From Lophium mytilinum (taxonomy: Eukaryota), in the NCBI GenBank assembly GCA_010093605.1, contig MU004182.1, forward strand, positions 715,032-779,031: a stretch of DNA of 64,000 bases, in the 5' to 3' direction. Shown in pieces: positions 59,562-64,000 of the stretch; within the stretch, counting starts at the first letter, position 1, and every line of letters begins with the position of its first letter. The notes beneath the pieces are model-generated. The model searched no databases. It saw only the letters and a list, made by a program, of their open reading frames with translations, and was not told the origin of the DNA. The position numbers and the translations under genes are program-made.

Positions 59562-62083
59562 ATCTAGCTCTCCCATCTTCCTACACCTGCTATCCAATTC
59601 CTAAAAAATACCCCATGATCTATTTTTCCTAAATCACTTCTTCGTGCTGGTTGCAGGTGGGCTGCGAGCCGGGAGCAGCTGTTGTAATTGGATAACCTTA
59701 CCTACTCAGTGCAGGTGGAGTTCCCGCGCGATCGGCGGGTGGCTTTCGGGCGCCCCCTCCCAATGCAGAATCTCGAATTGCGGGGAAGGGTTGTCGCGGT
59801 TCCACCAATCAGAGTAGCGGGTTGCGGATTTCTAATAATCGAGATTCTTGTTACGAGATGACGGGTGTTTTTACGTGCCGCCTTTGTTCGTGTGCGCAGT
59901 GATTTTGCTTGCGTCATGCATGGGTATCAAGTGATCGCATCTTTTGCATGCGGATCGAGGTAGCGCTCGCGCGCTCACTACTCTCTCCGAGGAGCGCACC
60001 CGCTCGGCATTGAAGTGATGTGCCACAGCGCGGAACTAGTGAATTGCCGATGACGCAGCTAGTCGCTAACTCGACTGCGGGTTAATTTCTGAGCGATGCG
60101 GTTTGCGCATGCGGTCGCGATCGTGATGGAGGAGAGGTCTAAGCATCATGCGGGGAGGCCAAATGCGGAGTGTGCGGAGGCTTGATTGTGGAGGCGGGAG
60201 CTGGATCAAGTAAGGGACTGGTACGCTATCCTAGCGCATACTCGACGAGAAGATGGGTTTCCGAGGAAGATCTGTGAGAAGAGGTCACGAGGGCTTGCGG
60301 CATCTACGTTTGGGAGTTGACGTCAGAGAGGCGGGTACAGGCAAATCTCGGGACACTCGGGGTTGTTAGAAGCTTTGGGGATGGGAGGCTTAAGGGGGGC
60401 TCCAAAATTGACGAGCGTTGATAGGATAGACTACTGTGAGTGTAGAGAAGCACTTTATTCGCGTATCTAACGAGGTGGTTTCAGCGCCACACGTCCAACG
60501 TTATGGGCAGCCTGAGCCATGGCAGTGGTTTTGTGCGGTTGATGGTGTGACTTTGAGGTTTCCGGGGACGTGGTGTTGGGGCTTGGTGGTCAGATTTTTC
60601 CTGTGGAGCTAGCTTCTGGTGGAAAGCTTATGGGCGTTAAGGTGCTTCTTTGCAGTGGTACACGGTTTGCCACGGTTATGCTTCGCAGGGGGGTTGTAGA
60701 GGCCCGAGAGTCCTTCAGGGCGCTGGGGTGAGGCACGTGATGTCACATGCTTGCCGATTTGATTCCTGAAAGCTGTTTTACGGAGCATTTGTAAAAGGAA
60801 CGCGGATCGAGATCTGATACACAAGTCTTATCTGCTTGCTTCTTTAAGGCTGAGAAGTGCGCAAAGGTAAGGAACCTCTATTTCCTCTGCTGTGGGTTTA
60901 ATGCACTCGCTCGGGAGTCGTTCGTTTCCATCACTCAGTGGATGAAAAGAATAAGGTAGGACAACCCATGTGGCGTCCAAGCAGTGTTCTTGCGTAGACT
61001 TCCAAGGTTCCACGTATCGAGTTTACATTGCAGGAAAAGCGTTGAAAATGACCAAAACATACTTCCCACTCTCCTCCAAATCGAACCCGCGGATTTACAG
61101 TGCCAAAATGGAAGCAAAAAGGAAAGAGTCAGGAAAACCTGACAAGTGCTCGTTGAAGCAACGTATGGTATTTAGCCACTTTCCTGAAGTACTGCAGAAA
61201 ATAAAAGAGTATACTTAGCTGAAGGGTATGTGTCTGATACTGATGAATAGCGTACCTTTCCGGCTTGGCGGTTTGAGCACGCGGGATCGTGCAGTGGTGT
61301 AACTCCAAGGCCGACTGTCTTTCTCTCTTCTCACAAACATCTCTTTCATCTCGTCATGACCGTCAGTAAGATTTAGTTTCAAAAGAAGCTCATTTCCTCG
61401 AAGAAATCGCCAACTAGAGCATGAAAAGCTCGTTTCAATCCATCAGGACTTCGACTTCTGACTTAGCCCACACCTCAAACGGGAAACATGCAAGATACCT
61501 TTCAACCCTATAATCCGAATACCTCACCCTCTGGAAACACCACCTCAGCCAAAAACTTCCTAAATCATTACCTCTTCTTATTGCTCTCCTTTATCTTTCC
61601 ATTCTTATGGCATGCGGAATCGGTTGCATGCTGCGCCAACCAGACTCTTGTAAGTCACATAGGCCATGGTGGGCTGCTGATAGTGCCGGGATCCATGAGT
61701 AGAATCAATCTGCTCAATGGAGGTCAGTGCGATGTCTTCGTCAGGACAAAAGTGGAGAGGTAGGATTGATTCGTCATCGGGGTTTATCGTATACCGGAGT
61801 AACGGCATGCTACACGGCAAATGCGCGCACTTTGACCTCCGACTTCGGCCAGAGCTCCGTGATCTCAAGCTCCCTCACCCGACATAAATTCACCATGTAG
61901 ACTCTTCCTCGCTAACGATCGTATATTGACAGTGCGGCAAAGCTCTAGAGGCGCATATAAAGGAGGTATGTATCACTCTTCCCACGATTAGAGCTTATTC
62001 ATCACTATTTACTAACTACATCGCTAGTTAGTTGTCCCTCCAAAGCATATATGCAGAAGACTCCCAGGCAATACACAGCCATC

Positions 62084-62896
62084 ATGCCCAACGAACCCTC
62101 TTATGTCCATGGCCATCATTCCTCCGTCCTACGCTCCCACTCCTGGCGAACTGTAGAGAACTCCTGCCCACACCTACTGCCTCACATGCGACCGGATGCG
62201 AAGATACTCGACGTAGGATGTGGGCCTGGCACCATCACCTGTGACCTCGCACAACGCGTCCCACAGGGCAGCGTCATCGGAGTCGACATGTCCGTCGATG
62301 TGCTCAAAGGTGCCGAGAAGCTTGCTACAGAGCAAAATCTCAAAAATCTGAGCTTCACGACTGGCAACATCTACAGTCTGGACTATCCAGACGCCAGTTT
62401 CGATATCGTCCACGTGCACCAGGTGCTCCAGCATATCGATGACCCAGTACGTGGGATGCGTGAGCTACGTAGGGTCACAAAGCCTGGAGGGCTGGTGGCG
62501 TGTCGTGATGTCGACTATGCCGCTACTCTGTGGTACCCAGAGACACTTGGCTTGAAGAAGTGGTGCGAGCTGTATCAGACTGTTGCCAAGAGCACAGGAG
62601 GCGATCCGAACATCGGACGTCGACTTCACGCCGTTGCTCGTGAGGCAGGCTTCCAGCGGGACCAGATCGATTCTACTGTTGGAACATGGTGTTTCAGCAC
62701 ACAAGAAGAGCTAGATTTCTGGTGCAACATGTGGGCGGACCGGATGCTGAATAGCGAGTTTAAGGTAAAGGCTAAGCAGGGTGGGTTTGCAACCGACGAC
62801 AAGTTGGAGCGGTTCGCCCAAATATGGAGATCATTCGCCCAGGAAAAGGACGGCTGGTGTACACTTATCCATGGGCAGCTCATCTGCCGAGTCTAG
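62084..62896 (+). CDS. Class I SAM-dependent methyltransferase (UbiE-like)
   Basis: YVHGHHSSVLRSHSWRT, ILDVGCGPGTIT (motif I), FDIVHVHQVLQH, KPGG. Confidence 0.92.
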   Translation: MPNEPSYVHGHHSSVLRSHSWRTVENSCPHLLPHMRPDAKILDVGCGPGTITCDLAQRVPQGSVIGVDMSVDVLKGAEKLATEQNLKNLSFTTGNIYSLDYPDASFDIVHVHQVLQHIDDPVRGMRELRRVTKPGGLVACRDVDYAATLWYPETLGLKKWCELYQTVAKSTGGDPNIGRRLHAVAREAGFQRDQIDSTVGTWCFSTQEELDFWCNMWADRMLNSEFKVKAKQGGFATDDKLERFAQIWRSFAQEKDGWCTLIHGQLICRV

Positions 62897-62920
62897 GTAA
62901 GTGTGAAATAGTACCTAATA

Positions 62921-64000
62921 TTACAATGCAAGCTTGTAAATCAGTTTCTTTCCGCTCACTTTCCCTTCCTTCATCTCCATTATTCCTCCGAATACACCCT
63001 CCAGCCCTCCCTCCCTCACATCCATCCTGTGAATCTTGATCTTCCCATCTGCGATGAGCCTTTCGGCTACTTTGCACCACATTTTCATAAACTCGAAATC
63101 CTCCTCAATGGCCTCGAAGGTCTCTCCCGCAATCTCAAACTCCCGGCCTAGTCCTGTGTATCCGAGATTGAAGCTCACCTCCACATCATTTCTGGGAGAG
63201 AAAGTATCAGTGGTGATCGAACCATACCAAAGTTTGCTCCCATCTGGCTTGGCAGAGTCCGAGAATGCTTCTGCGCAGATCTTTGCTACTTCGTCTCCAC
63301 CAATGGTATCCCAAATGTCGTAAAGCTGGTTATGCGTATACGCTCGAATCTCTGCGCCACACCCCGGCGCCCTGTAGTCAAAAGCCGCCAACGCACCGAG
63401 TTCCTTGACATACTCAAAATTCCTCGGATGGCACGTAGTAATCACCTCAAAGCCAGACCTCACCCCAAAGTCAGTAAACCTCTCCAACAAAAACTCTCCT
63501 AACGGCGCAAACTCACATCTTCGCAAACTGAATCCCATACGCCCCCATCCCCGAACTACCTCCATAAACCAGCATCCACGGCTTCTTCTTCTTCTTCTCC
63601 CCACCCTCCCCTTCCCCCTTCTCCCCCAACCCCACCAACGACAACCCCTTCTTCTGATAAAACGCCTGCCCCACCGTCAACATCGCCACCCCGAGCCCCG
63701 CCCCCTCCTCCCAGCTCATCGCCGCCGGCAGCCTCATCACCAGCCCGTCGCGCGCAACCACGTACTCGGCGAACGCGCCGCTGGTGGGATCCGTGCTGTT
63801 CGCGCCGTGCACGACGCCGAACACGCGGTCGCCGATTTGGGCGGCGTCGACGCCTGCGCCGACGGCGGTGATGATGCCGGCGTAGTCGCAGCCGATCGTG
63901 CTGCCTATGGGGCCGAGGCCGAGGGCGGGGTTGTCGATGTGCTGGTTCCAGTCGGTGGGGTTGAGGGCGACGGTGTGGGTGCGGATGAGGAGGTGGCCTG
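62921..64000 (-). CDS. MDR-family enoyl reductase-like oxidoreductase (ToxD/LovC-like), 5' end outside the window
   Basis: VALNPTDW, GCDYAG, GAFAEY, LVYGGSSGMG...IQFAK and GKVSGKKLIY motifs; one intron near 63460-63516. Confidence 0.88.

Noticed and set aside
62084..64000. Methyltransferase + enoyl reductase as the edge of a secondary-metabolite cluster
   Set aside because: No backbone PKS/NRPS in the window and both families are often stand-alone; cannot be supported without adjacent sequence.

Overview
Eukaryotic, intron-containing DNA from a filamentous ascomycete (Pezizomycotina; Dothideomycete-like, low confidence) with about 27 protein-coding loci. Housekeeping genes include NOG2 (with an intronic snR191-type H/ACA snoRNA), a probable mitoribosomal mS26, a DUF5321 protein, an AAA ATPase and an AcpA/Gpr1 acetate transporter. 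They are interspersed with two compact putative catabolic clusters. Cluster 1 (1.7-10.1 kb): ACS-family MFS permease, peroxisomal D-amino acid oxidase, Zn2Cys6 regulator and amidohydrolase. Cluster 2 (20.4-29.3 kb): beta-lactamase-fold esterase, AlcR-like regulator, Baeyer-Villiger monooxygenase and a decayed TRI12-type transporter. All three intact cluster 2 genes carry AlcR-type WGCGG sites in their promoters, which suggests a self-contained AlcR-controlled ketone-to-ester-to-alcohol/acid module; this is the best novel-system candidate. Also present: a divergent PEX5-like receptor with an altered PTS1-pocket residue, a frameshifted sugar porter, an 84-bp coding tandem repeat, a RIP-like duplicated bZIP palindrome and a TpA-rich relic. 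Gene boundaries come from manual intron reading and family calls from motif recognition; no searches were run.
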